Of a stretch of DNA of 64,000 bases, positions 35,510 to 55,500 are shown in pieces; position 1 is the stretch's first letter, and every line of letters starts with the position of its first letter. Source of the DNA: Monocercomonoides exilis PA203 (lineage: Eukaryota; Protista; Preaxostyla); NCBI GenBank assembly GCA_001643675.2, contig LSRY02000027.1, positions 186,001 through 250,000 of the forward strand, written 5' to 3'. The position numbers and the translations under genes were made by a program. The notes under the pieces were generated by a model, which did not search any database, had not been told where the DNA came from, and was given only the letters and a program-made list of their open reading frames with translations.

Positions 35510-36367
35510 ATGAAAAATCACAAAAATCAACAGCAATCTTCAGCAAAATCTGGAAACAAATATTACCCTAAAAGGAACAAGTATATAGCAACACTATGCA
35601 CAGCGGTTACATGTGGAATAAATGTGTCTTCATTCTTATCATAATAGTGTTAATAGTTTTGTAAATGACGGCTTTTTCGTTCAAAGATTGCATCTATTTT
35701 CCCCAGATTTATTGAATATTTTCCTCAAGAAATTGCATACGAGTTTTGGACAGATTGGATTTGGTGCGGATTGATAACTTTTGTCACACTATTTTTGTGT
35801 GTTATTCTTTGGATAAAGGTTATTAAAAAACAAGAAATTGTGAAGCATATACCAACTTTCAAGTTTGCTATAATTTAAAAATATTTTTGGATGAATTTAT
35901 ACTATTACTGCAAAATTTTGATTTTTTTTTAAAAAAAGGTACGTCTATGTTTTGCTTGCCTTTTTACTGATTGTTCAATGTTGTGCAAATCGCACAAAAG
36001 CAGCGTGGTTTTTGCTATATCTCGTATGAAGATTATTATCTCATTCCATTTCATTATTTATCTTCATCTGAAATTCTTAGTTACCGAGTTTTGGATTTTA
36101 TGTTCTTTATCAAGCATTTCTACGAGTTAGGCATCCTGAACGCTATAAAATTGTATGCAACATTCATTTGCATTCGACTAAATATATTATTGACAATAAT
36201 TTTGTTTTCAAAAGGATGATGAAGAATTAAGAAAGGAAGACGAAGCATTTGCTGAACATCAACGAAAATGGAACGCCCAACATTCAACGAGAAGAGTACG
36301 TACAACTACTTCTATTACAGACAAGCCATACAGAAAGAATAGATCATTGCCAAAAACAAAAAAATGA
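35510..36367 (+). CDS. TMEM208/SND2 (DUF788)-like small membrane protein, 5 exons, 199 aa
   Basis: Exons 35510-35623, 35687-35862, 35939-36023, 36081-36152 and 36215-36367 join in phase via GT-AG introns. Hydrophobic segments, AWFLLYLLPSFGFYVLYQ, and a charged C-terminal tail. Confidence 0.7.
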
Positions 36368-36839
36368 TTTGAAAGACGAAAAACAAATACAAAATGAATC
36401 AAAAAAGTTGTTCGAAATGAAATAGAAATAGTTAAAAATTGACAAAGAACAATGACTTTGCAATTTTATTGAACGAAATGTTTAAAGAATTTCGTGCTTT
36501 AACGAAGATTACTCAAATTATTACTCCTGCAAAATAGCCAATTTAAGAAATTATGTCTAATTTCTGAGAAGTTCTGTTGTAATTGATCTTTCATTTCAAA
36601 GAACATATTGTTTATTTCCAAGAATTTGATATTTTGAATCACATTTCAAAAAGAATATTGCATTTGATTTGAGTTAATGAATATAAGAATCAATCTTTCT
36701 CATTCTTTTCGAGCTTTATGGGGAAAAAAATTCCCATGTGACGAACATTTTTTCATCTGCATTATGAATATTTATTTTATTGGTATAAGCAAAAGTTTTT
36801 CAAATGAATACCCATTACATAATTTTTAGATTTACGTTT

Positions 36840-39610
<2,771 letters not shown>

Positions 39611-39840
39611 AAACCAAAAAGAATAAGCAGCATTTTGTTGCTAAAGTATTTTTATTCAATAATTTTTTTATTTAGTTATTTTTTCTTTTTCAATGAAAAT
39701 TGTTAAGCGTTTATGATTGGTGGAAGATGTGGTTGTTGTGATCTGAACATTATTTGTTGAATTTTTTTGGCTTATTTACACTTTTATTTTGAATTTTATT
39801 CTTTTTGCATTAAAAGACATAAATTTACGCATCTTTTTTA

Positions 39841-44754
<4,914 letters not shown>

Positions 44755-45266
44755 AGAAAGAATTTGCATCGTAGTGTTTATTACGATTTATTAAATTATC
44801 TTTTTCTTTTCTTTATTTTTTTACAAGATTGTTTTTGCTTATTTTATATGGTTTGGATTTGTTTTTTATTTGAGATTTCTTGTCCACAAGTGAAAGTTTT
44901 TACGATTCTCATATCACAAATTCGATTTAATTCCTTTCAATGATTTAATTTATTTATTTATTTATTTATTTTTGAAAAACATGAAACATCAAATCATTTT
45001 AATCTTCTCAATACATCATGATTTAATTGAGACGCAAAAATTTGTGATACGTGGAGCTTCAAATGAATCATCAACGTTTCAATTAATGAAGACTTCACAC
45101 CAATTTTGATTTAAACGCTAAGGTCAAAACAGATCTGATTCATTTTCATCTCTAATTTAAGCCTTTTGGTGATCCAGCTTTACTGTTATTTCTTCCTTTA
45201 GTTCATAACAGTCTCTGAATCTATACTTTTCTCGTCCTTTTAGTACGTTGATAACTACGCGAACTT

Positions 45267-45963
45267 TCATAATACTGTGCAGAAACTGTACGGCTTATCA
45301 ATCTCCATTACGAACATAAAGGCATCCCCGTATCTCCCGTTTCCAAATTTATACAAAGCACTATTTCAGAAACAAATAATTCACAACACAATAATCCAAA
45401 ACAACGCTCATTTTTAAAGATAATAGTGCACAAACCGTATTGGATGAGATTGAATAAAACCACATTTTTTATAAAATTTAATTGCTGCATCATTCGCAAC
45501 TGATGCGTGAAGATAGATCAAAACTGTATTTTTTTGTTGAATGCAATCAACAATAACCAAATCCATTAATTTTTTTGCTAATCCCTGACGACGTAATTCT
45601 TTTCGTACCCCTAGCAACAATATATGAAAAGCAGTATCGTAATGATCACCCCATCCCCTCTTTCGTTTAGTCATGCTCCACGCAGGTTGCTGAATAATTT
45701 TTTGTGAAATTTTTTGAGAAAAAATAATTCCAATCATTTCAAACTTCAACTTGAACTCCGTACTCAAATTGTCCTAACATTAGCGCAAGAATTTTATTGC
45801 CTTTTGTAACAATAGCTTTTGTTTGATATTTCCCAGGATAACGACAAATTTGATAAGAAAATTCAGGGGGATATTTAACAGGAAACCATTCATCAAAAAG
45901 TTTTATAATCTGCTCTTCATCCCCTCTTTGAAGAGGACGAATAATTGATTCTTCAACATCCAT
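45267..45963 (-). CDS. NAA60/NAA50-like GNAT N-terminal acetyltransferase ending in CTVL, 3 exons
   Basis: FDEWFPVKYP; HILLLGVRKELRRQGLA (acetyl-CoA motif); IYLHASVANDAAIKFYKKCGF...PIR|ALYKFGNGRYGDAFMFVMEIDKPYSFCTVL*. Confidence 0.85.
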
Positions 45964-47158
45964 TTTTGTAAAGGAAATCTTTGATAAATAGTTCAAAAAC
46001 AGTCTGTACCAAAAAAATATTGATCATCCCATGCTTATTAAAAATGACAAAGTTAATTTTTAATTATATAAATGAATAATGAATAAAAAACTTGATTTCA
46101 CGTTGAAAATGAAGTTATTGCTATTTTTATGGTATAGGCATGTTCCACATTGTTTATTGTTTGTTGCTCAAAAGTTCATTTACAGATTTTGCTGTTATTT
46201 AATCTCATATTCTTTCATTATCATTCTCACTCGAATAAGGTCCAATAAGAGAATGTTCTTGTTATAATCTTTGGACGCCAATTTGAATTTTTAATGATAA
46301 CTTATGGATTCATGTTTATTTCATGCAGTGTCTATTTTTAACAAATTGAACTTGTTTCTTTAAACATATGTTTATTTTATCCTCTGAACGGGTATTAAAC
46401 TGTTTTATAAGCGCATTTCACTTCAAAATCTCAGAATAAATTGGAATATTGATTTATGAATGTTGTACTTATTTCATTATTCTTTATTTTCATTAAATTT
46501 TTATGGATAAAATGAGGAAATATCTCATTGATCATGCTTTGGAATCAAGAAAATATGTATTTTCATTTCTCGTTAATCGAAAGTGTCAACACAAATGTTT
46601 ATAATTTTTTTTATTTAGTCTCTAAACACATCAAAATTAACAAAAAATTAAAAAACTTTCATTGTGATGAAAAATCAAAGTTTTGAAAGCAAAATTATAA
46701 GTACATAATCTTTCTTTAAACATATAAATCATATCTTTCAATAATAAATCCAATACTTAAGGAAAATCAAATGAAGAAGTTATAATGTTGTTTTCAACAC
46801 ATGAAAAGCATATGAAGGATATATTCTATAATGAAATGATAGAAAAAATTGCTTATTTAAAGATTGCACAAAATAAAAGTTAATTTTGAAACTCATTTAT
46901 TTTGAAAAAAAAAAAAAAAAAAGATAGAAAGAAAGAAATAAATTAATAAATAAAAATCAATAAAAATAAAATTAAATAAAAAAACAAAATTAAAATCATT
47001 TTTGATAACAATGCAACTTTCAAAAAACAAAGAAAATACAAAAATATCGATTCAGAGAATTGATCAACCCTTGAGAAAATTGATAAATTCGCATTTTTAT
47101 TTTGCAATGTAGAACTTTAAAGTTTTTGCAATTCTTGCCTTAGTATTTTTATTGAGCA

Positions 47159-48040
47159 ATGTCTTTTTCTATTATTATATTAATTAATTTGATTTATTTG
47201 CAGTTTGCTTTCGATTCGATTGTTCAGTCAATAAATCATGATCCTTCTTCAACATGGATTGCTACCGAGACTAAATACTCAAAACTACCTCGACATTTGC
47301 TAAAATCCATGTTTAATCAAGATATTGTGAAAGATTTGCTCTCTCCTATTCAAATATCTACATATCTAAATGAAAATGAAGAAAAGAATTTTGATAGTCG
47401 TGAAAAATGGCCTGATGCTATCAAACCGCTGAAGCACCAAGAGAACTGCAGCGCATGCTGGGCTATTGCTGGAGCATCTGTTTTGTCAGATCGCTTCAGA
47501 ATCTCAAAATGTGATATTGGTGAATTATCACCTCAAGACTTGCTATCTTGCGATAAGCTTGATCACGGCTGCTATGGAGGAACTCCATTGCATGTATGGT
47601 CTTGGCTTTCTACAAAGGGAATTGCTACAGAGGAATGTTTTCCGTATGTTAGTGGTAATGGAACTGTTCCAGAATGTTCGAATAAATGTCAAGATAAAAA
47701 GAAAGCTGTACGCTACAAAGCAAGATCAGCAGCAATTATCCCACCACAATTCATCATTTCTGACTTAATGGCGAATGGCCCACAAGAAGCCGCGTTTTTA
47801 GTTTTTGATGACTTCCTTAGATATTCGAAAGGTGTTTACAAACACAAGAAAGGAGAACTTCTTGGAGCGCATTCAGTGAAATTAATTGGCTTTGGAATAG
47901 AAAAAGGAACAAAGTATTGGTTGATGGCTAATTCTTGGGGAGAAGAATGGGGAGAGGGAGGATTTTTCAAAATTAGAAGAGGGAAAAACGAGTGTGGCGT
48001 TGAATCAATGGTCTTTGCCGGGACGCCTCAATGCGATTAA
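47159..48040 (+). CDS. Cathepsin B-like papain-family (C1A) cysteine protease, intronless
   Basis: Signal peptide; FDSREKWP; QENCSACWA (catalytic Cys); GAHSVKLIGFG (His); YWLMANSWG (Asn); RGKNECGVE. Confidence 0.95.
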   Translation: MSFSIIILINLIYLQFAFDSIVQSINHDPSSTWIATETKYSKLPRHLLKSMFNQDIVKDLLSPIQISTYLNENEEKNFDSREKWPDAIKPLKHQENCSACWAIAGASVLSDRFRISKCDIGELSPQDLLSCDKLDHGCYGGTPLHVWSWLSTKGIATEECFPYVSGNGTVPECSNKCQDKKKAVRYKARSAAIIPPQFIISDLMANGPQEAAFLVFDDFLRYSKGVYKHKKGELLGAHSVKLIGFGIEKGTKYWLMANSWGEEWGEGGFFKIRRGKNECGVESMVFAGTPQCD

Positions 48041-48050
48041 CATGATTATT

Positions 48051-48071
48051 CCCCCCCCCCCCCCCCCCCCC
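48051..48071 (+). repeat. C21 homopolymer between convergent 3' ends
   Basis: Read directly; begins 11 nt after the cathepsin stop codon. Confidence 0.9.
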
Positions 48072-48264
48072 TTTGTATTTCTTTGTTTTTGATGTGATCA
48101 AGCACTTCATCTTTGATTTTGTTCGTTTGTGTTTCGATTGTAATCAACAGTTGAAAATAATTTTCATCATAAATAACACACAAATTTTATCTACATGAAA
48201 CTTTAAAAGCAAAAAAAGAACAAACAAATAAATTCAACAAAAAATGTGATGTGTTGTGAAATGT

Positions 48265-49164
48265 TCATTTTCTTTGAATTGGCTTGATATTCATTGAAGG
48301 AAAAACTGGAGGAGGAGATAATGAAGATGGAAGTGCTTGCTCAGCAGAAAAACGAGACGATGAAGAAGGTTGAGAAGAAGATGCTTGCGATGAAGAAGCT
48401 TTAATTGGTGGTCTTCTTGACTTTTGAGATTGTTGCATAACTTCAGTCACAACTTGCTGTCGAGTATCTCCTAGATCCCCTTCAGGCTTTGGATCTAAAG
48501 CGCGAAAGATCTCCATGCTTTTAGTAAGAAATGCGCGGTGCATATTCACTTCAATACTCCCAAGATTATCAAGTTGTATTAGTTCGTGTTCCTCTGATAG
48601 TTTTGAAAGTTCACTTTCTAATTTTCCTTTTCTGACCATCTCTATATCGGCTACGAGACTTCTAATTGTGTCTGCATTTTGAAAATCGTCGTGTGCTGCT
48701 GATAAAAGAAGATGAGCCACTTCAGAATAGTAGAAAGGAAGTGGCATAAAAGTTGGTGTTGTCCTTTCATGCTGTAGTACATCCTGCAGATATCCTAAAT
48801 ATCGAAATTATAATAAAAAATTGAAACAGATAATAGAATGTCACCTGCGTTCATCCACCCAGGAAGACAAATAACGCATTCTTTTCTATCTTTAAAATGA
48901 AGCGCAACCCACAAAGGAACAGTTGTCTTATTTGGAGGTTCAAATGGGCCTATCGTTCCCTTACATAAAAAACAAGGAAATCAGCAAGTGCATGAGAATA
49001 CATTCATAAATCAAAATAAATCTTAAAAATTCATAACAAACAGTTATTGTTTTGAATTCCTCAAGTCTAATTGTTGGTATGATATCTACAATTTCTTCTT
49101 CTGCAATGAATTCTAATTCAGCTGTATCCAAAGAAATAAAATCCTTGAAATCAGAGCATATCAT
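48265..49164 (-). CDS. PSF2: GINS complex subunit Psf2, 3 exons, with S/P-rich C-terminal extension
   Basis: ELEFIAEEEIVDIIP...|GTIGPFEPPNKTTVPLWVALHFKDRKECVICLPGWM...|MPLPFYYSEVAHLLL...DDFQNADTIRSLVADIEMVRKGKL. Confidence 0.92.
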
Positions 49165-49528
49165 TACTAAAATTAAAAATTTGATCAACCAGCAACCACT
49201 ATATAATAAAATAATTTTCGTTTCGATTTATAATTTCTTCTAATATATTTCCTTCATAATTGAAATTCAAAATGATAGTTTCAGAAAAAAACTAAAAGTT
49301 GAAATATTATTTATTTTTTATTTGATTAGTTCACATATTTTTTTATTTTTCCCTTGTATGACGGATAGCAACGCATCAAGTGTGGATGCTTATTATTAAT
49401 TTTATAGATAACGTATTAATATGATGTTGTAATACTGTTTTTGTTTGCTGATGCAAAATAGTTTTATCAAATTCATACCATGAAAAGATTTCGAATTCTT
49501 TTTTGCGTTTACTGAGTTTTTTCCCAAG

Positions 49529-52500
49529 GTCGTCATTTAAAGAATTCTACAGAGTACTCGAGTCAGATCTTTCTTGCGGCTTTTATCGTTGTTCAAATTT
49601 GCATCAAAAAAAAATTCTTCAGCCAATGTTTCACTGCAGAACATGCAGTAAAAAAAAACAACCAATTTGTGCGGTATATTATAAATTAATTTACTAAGAA
49701 ATAATTTTTGAAAAAATCTTTCCTTTAAAGTTGTGTGCAGTTATTTGCCATGAATATCATGAAATAGCTTTTGCTGGAATTGAAGATTCTGAAGCAGTTT
49801 GATTTTCTCTCACCGGAGAATGATTTTTTTATATTTAAATTTTTTTCCTCAAATTTTCTTGACAAAAAGTGTTGTTGTTCGAATTGTCTTGGACATTGCT
49901 TTATTTCAAACGAAGGAGATGGCTTGAAAGCACCTTTCGCCGAACGAGACAGACAAATAAGCTTAACAACAAATTGCATTTACGTTGAGCCAATGTTTGA
50001 TTTTATTTGTTTTCGAAATTTAATGAATATCTTTTCAAATATCATTGATCAGTATTTTGATTGGTTTCTTAGAAGCTAATTCGACTTTCAAGCAGCTTCC
50101 AAGGCCATTAAGAGAAAAAACACTTTCAACTTCCACATATTCAATGCATTCGCTTTCGTTCAATCCGTTTTCAAGCAAGTTTTTATCAAAAGTTTTGCTT
50201 CACACTTCTTCACAAACTCCTAACGTCGTTCCAAAACGAAAGCATTGTGCCATGTCTGATGCATCATCCTTCCTTAGCCATCCTCTTTACACTTCTTTTT
50301 TCAAGCGCTTTTCATCCTTTCCTCTTCCATCAAGCTGTACTCTCCAACTGTCTCCTCATCCAATCCACCAGCCGTCCTTCTCATGTGCCACATGCCGAAT
50401 ACAAGGTGGCTTGTGCTTGTCGTGCGTCGCAAACTGCCATTTTGGGCACAAAACAAGTCTTCAGCTGGCACATGCCTGCTTTGCGTGTGTGTGCGGAGAC
50501 GAATACGGAGAGGGTTCCAAGTGCAGCTGCGGGGCGAGCGTGAACGTTGCGTCTCTTGACGAGGCACGTGTCATCAAGCCTATCAGTTTGCAATCGCTGT
50601 TTGCTTCTTCTGATGATGAAGGTGGGCATTCATCAAAGCTACTTCATCCTCCAGCATCATCATCATCATCATCATCATCTTCTTCTTCTCCTTCTCCTTC
50701 TTCATTTCTCTCCATATATTCATCAAAATACTATCACGATGCTCACAAATCGAAAACACTGACGTCAATTCAAGGAATGCAGAACACGTTTAATTCTCCG
50801 TTTATTCCTCATCCGTCTTCTGTTTGGATGGAAATAGCACTCGGCGGTTGGAAAGCTGAGCAAACAAGAGAAAGATTGAAAAGAGAAAAGGAGCTTATTA
50901 ATGATAGCAAAGGTGGTATTGAAACCAGACAGAAAAATGAAATGTTTGATGACGGAAGAGGTGGTATGGAAAATAAAGAAGAAGAAGAAGAAGAAGACGA
51001 TTCCAGAGAGCAGATAGATGAAGAAGGAAGAGACTTGTGTGAAGGCCGAACGATTGTGTTCAAAGAAATAGAGCGTCGAATGAAGCCCTATCTGAACCAA
51101 GTTCTCGGCTATCCCCAGCTCTACAGCTTGATTGCTGGAGAAAGCACACAGCAGAAGCAGATAGAAGCCTATGAACGCGACCCGTCTGTATATGAGCCGA
51201 GCTTTCTGCAGCTCATTCAGCTTGTGGGGATGTACGACCTCTCCCGAAAAGATGGTTTGGGAGTGCGTTTGAAAGAGGAGGCAGACGAGTCATACAGAAG
51301 ACACCAGGGCGAAGGACATCACCCGCCGCCTCTGTCGAATGCGATGGCAACTCCTTTTCTGTCTTCCACTATTCATCCAGTTGGACTGTATGTGTTGTTC
51401 CACACACACCGCACATCATTCGTGGGGACGCATTCGATTTCGTCGGCTTTTCCTCGTCTTCCTTCACACAGGCATTTGATGAGCAACTGCTGGTGGGATG
51501 TGGGAGAGTCCAATATCGGCAAGCACGCTCGACTTAAAGAAGAGCAGAAGCGGAAAAGGAGAATTCGAAAGTTAATTCTGGAAACACAAAAGAACTTGCC
51601 AAAGAAAATAAAGCAATTGAGTGCAGATCCTTCTGCAAGTGATGAATCATCTTCCACAGCAATCGAATCAATGCGAGAAAAAGAAGATGACACAACATGC
51701 CATTCATTTGCATTCAAAGAGTATTTCTATCCAACACCGCCAACCGATCCTGCCCAGCCTTCTTTCACTTCCCTTCTTCCTCTGCCTCTGCCTCCAAGCT
51801 GCTGCCCTTCCACTCCAAAGCCCCGCCAGGCCTTTCTCTGCGCCTCTTGTACAGGAAACCTCCTCAGCGGACTTATTTGCAGAGAATGTGCCTCAACGTG
51901 CCATTTCAGCCATTCAGTCATTTGCATCGGCTTTGTTGCCTTTGAGTGTGCGTGCTGCACCCGCAAAGGAGGAAACGCTGAAAACTGGTTCAAAAGAATC
52001 AGCAGAGAATTGCATTTGGAAAATTCATCGAAGAATGGCATGCAACCAGAACAGAAAGGAAGCCATCAGAGCGGAATTCGATCATATTCAGAGGAAGACA
52101 GACACAGAAATCAAAAGAAGGATTCGAGAAGAGCAAAAAGGAAAGATAACAGCAACGACTCTGAAGAAGATGATGACAATTCTTCTTCCTCTGAAGAAGA
52201 GAGGCAGCGAATGAAGGAGGAAGAGGAAGAGAAGATGAAGAAGAAGTCAGGTGGCAATTGGTGTTGCTTGCTGCAGAACGGAGCAGCAAATGAACTGTGG
52301 ATGCTGTTTGAGGAGCGAAGGCGTTGTGTGATTGAGTGGATGAAGGACGAAGCGGAGTGGACACGGCAGATGCACAAGCTGAGGATGATCGAAGACTCAA
52401 AGGAAGACAAGGAAGAGGGATCATTCACACAACAGACAAGACAGAGCCGGCAATTCAGCAGAACGACTTATCCTGTCCCTTATCCACCAGTCAGCCTGCA

Positions 52501-55500
52501 AAGATTGTATCAAACATCCTTTTCGCTCCATTCTCTGTTCTTCTTTGCCTGTGCTGCGTCTCAGCTGGATATTGTGTCCTTCTTCGTGTCTGACCCTCTC
52601 TTTGATGTCAACACTGGGATTGCCACAGCCACCCACAAAGCAACACCGCTCTGGGCAGCGTGTGCGTGTGGTGCAAGAGACGTGGCGGAGATGCTGCTGA
52701 CTCGGACTGATCTGCATGTGAACGAAGGGCTGTGGGAAAAGCGGGAGTTTCTCAACCAGATTGTGCACGAGTCGCCTCTTTATGCAGCAATTGCAAGAGG
52801 AAAGCATGAGATTGTGCAGCTTCTGCTTTCTGCTCTTCCTCTGAGCCCCTTTTTGAGAGAGGCATATTTACCTCGCTTTTCCCCAACTGCTGCATGGCCC
52901 ATGATCGATGTATGTGATTGTGTCCGCAGCGAGCGTCTGAAGCACGTGATGTCCTGCTTCTCCCAGCTGCAGAATGAAGGAGATTCCGAAGGAAATAACA
53001 GCACTGGCACAGAATTGGAAGGAAAACGAAGAGACAAGCTTTCTGAATGTTTTATTATTGACAGCCCACTTCGACGCAGACTGTGGAAAGCAGCGTCAAA
53101 AGGAATTTCTCCGCTCCTATTTCTCCGAGACGAAAAGATAAAGAAAGAGAAACGCGAGAGAAATTTATTGATGAGTGAGATTGGTGAAGAAGAAGGTGAA
53201 ATTAGCAATAATTTTGAGTATATCGTGTGCGAAGGCACACATCCTGATCCATCTTCGTCTGACAAATGCAGACAAATTGACATCGATGGCTGGATAGACA
53301 AAAGCCTCGCAAACACCAGCCAAGACTTTTGCTGCGATGAAGAGATGTGTGTGAAGCAAGTGAAGAGCATCGGAAACGAAAGAGAGGGAAACGGAGCTTA
53401 TTTTGCAGGAGGCATTTTCATTCCGCAGCTGCAGCAACATCCAATCTTATCAGATAAACGGGCGATTAATATGAATTGTGGGTACCGCATGTTTTTCATC
53501 ACTCAGCCACCGCTCTCCAGAGAGATGGAGACAGGAAACCTTCAACTTCCTGTTCCAGAATCCTGTTTGGAACACATTGTGATTGCTTATCCTCAATTAT
53601 TATTATCATCATCTTCATCTTCATCTTCATCTTCGTCGTCATCATCTTCTTTTTCTTCTTTAAATTCTTCTTCTTTTTCTTCTTTAACTTCTTCTTCTTT
53701 TTCTTCTTCTTCTTCTCGATATTCAACTGCAAATTCATCCATTTCAAATACAAGTATAACAAAAAGTGACAATTCTGAAGAATCACACAAGAAGCAAAAC
53801 ATGAGACTTGTATCTGTTCCGAAGATTTCCCCGCAAACAATCAGTTTGTTGGATAGCCTTTCTAGTGAGCTGTCCTTAGAGTTCCGCTATCTTTCGTCTG
53901 TGCTTTCATCCAGAGTGCCAAAAACAACAAACACGTTGGGCGTGCCGTCATTCGCAGCCAAAAAAAAGAAGTTTGTAGGCGATGTGGAATCCAAATTCTC
54001 AACGAGTATTACCTATTCAAACCGCGCGACGAGGCCAATCACCTTTCGCATAGGCAGCAACATTGTCGATGTGCCAAGTGTTCTGGTGAACACCACTTCC
54101 AACAACAACAGCAGCAGCAGCAGCAACAACAACAACAGCAACAACAGCAACTCAGCCAAAAAACAGACACTCAGCGTTGGGAATTGTCTTTTCCGCCGCT
54201 CGACAGAAATGCCACAGAGCACATCGCTGAAAATTCGCAGCAACATTTCAAATAACACTGCCCCGCCATTCTCAGGCGAGCGCCGAGTGTTTCCGTTAAT
54301 CCAAGACGACACGTCACTCTCAGACTTCAAAAGGAAAGCAGACGTGAAGAAAGAGCTGGAGGCCCTGCAGAAGGACAGCTCTGATCTGCGTTATTGGAAT
54401 CTCGAAATGTGTTTTGCCAAACACAAACGCATCCGAAAAGAGCAAATTGACATGCACGCCGTTCGGATGCTGAACGAGAGCCAAAGAGAAGAGGCGATGC
54501 TGCTGGAAGCTGCAGCATTTTTGGAGCTGAGGGAATATTTGATGAAGATGATGTTCAGACAAATGAAGTATCCACCGAAAATTGCTGAAATAACTGCGAT
54601 GCTGAGAAAGTGGCTGTTCATGAAGCTGAATAAACACACATTCTTAAGAGAAGCCAGAAGGAGCAAAATGACATCAGCAATGAAACGCAAATCTGGCTGT
54701 CACAACATCACAAATGGGAGCTGTGGTGGAAGCGAATCGTTGGAATCGAAAGAACAAGAGCTGATGAAGATGTTTGCAGAATATGATCCGATTCCTCGGC
54801 CGAAGTGTTGGATCAACGATCCACAAGAGCTTTTCTTTGACGGAACCACTTTTGCGGAAGAAATGAGGCTTGGCGAAGAACGAGAGAAAAGAAAGAGGTA
54901 TGCACAGACGGTGCGCCAGATGGAGAATGAGAACGAATATGATGTGTTTATTCCCATTCCACCAGGAGTTGAATGGTATGGCCCAACAGGAACAGCCAAC
55001 ACAGCACAAAATGCAGAGGAAGGAGAAAGCAGAACAGGAAATTCTGCAGCAGCCAGTGCTCACAAGCATTTTGTCGAGCAAGCAAGAAAATGGTGGGCGA
55101 AGATTGAATATCTTGTGCTTCAGATTTGTGGATCGGACGAGGAAAGAAGAGAGCGCGTTAAAGCAATGCAGAAGTTGTACATGCAGAAGTTTCTTGATGG
55201 AATTCACTCTTCTGCTGTTTCTGGTTCTTCTTCCTCTTCCTCTTCCTCTTCCTCTTCCTCATCATCATCATCATCATCTTTATCTTCCTCTACTCTATCA
55301 TCTCCCTCTTCCAATTCAAGAAATTTTCAATCAAATCATTTTGCGCAAAACTTATTTTATCCTTTGACTGACTTGCAACCCAATAAAGCAACAGATTCTT
55401 CTTCTGATGTAAGCATAAACTATCACTCAACCAGTAAAACAAGAACAGATACAAGTTCAGAGCAACGCAACGCTAATGACTCATCTTCAGAAAACTTGTC

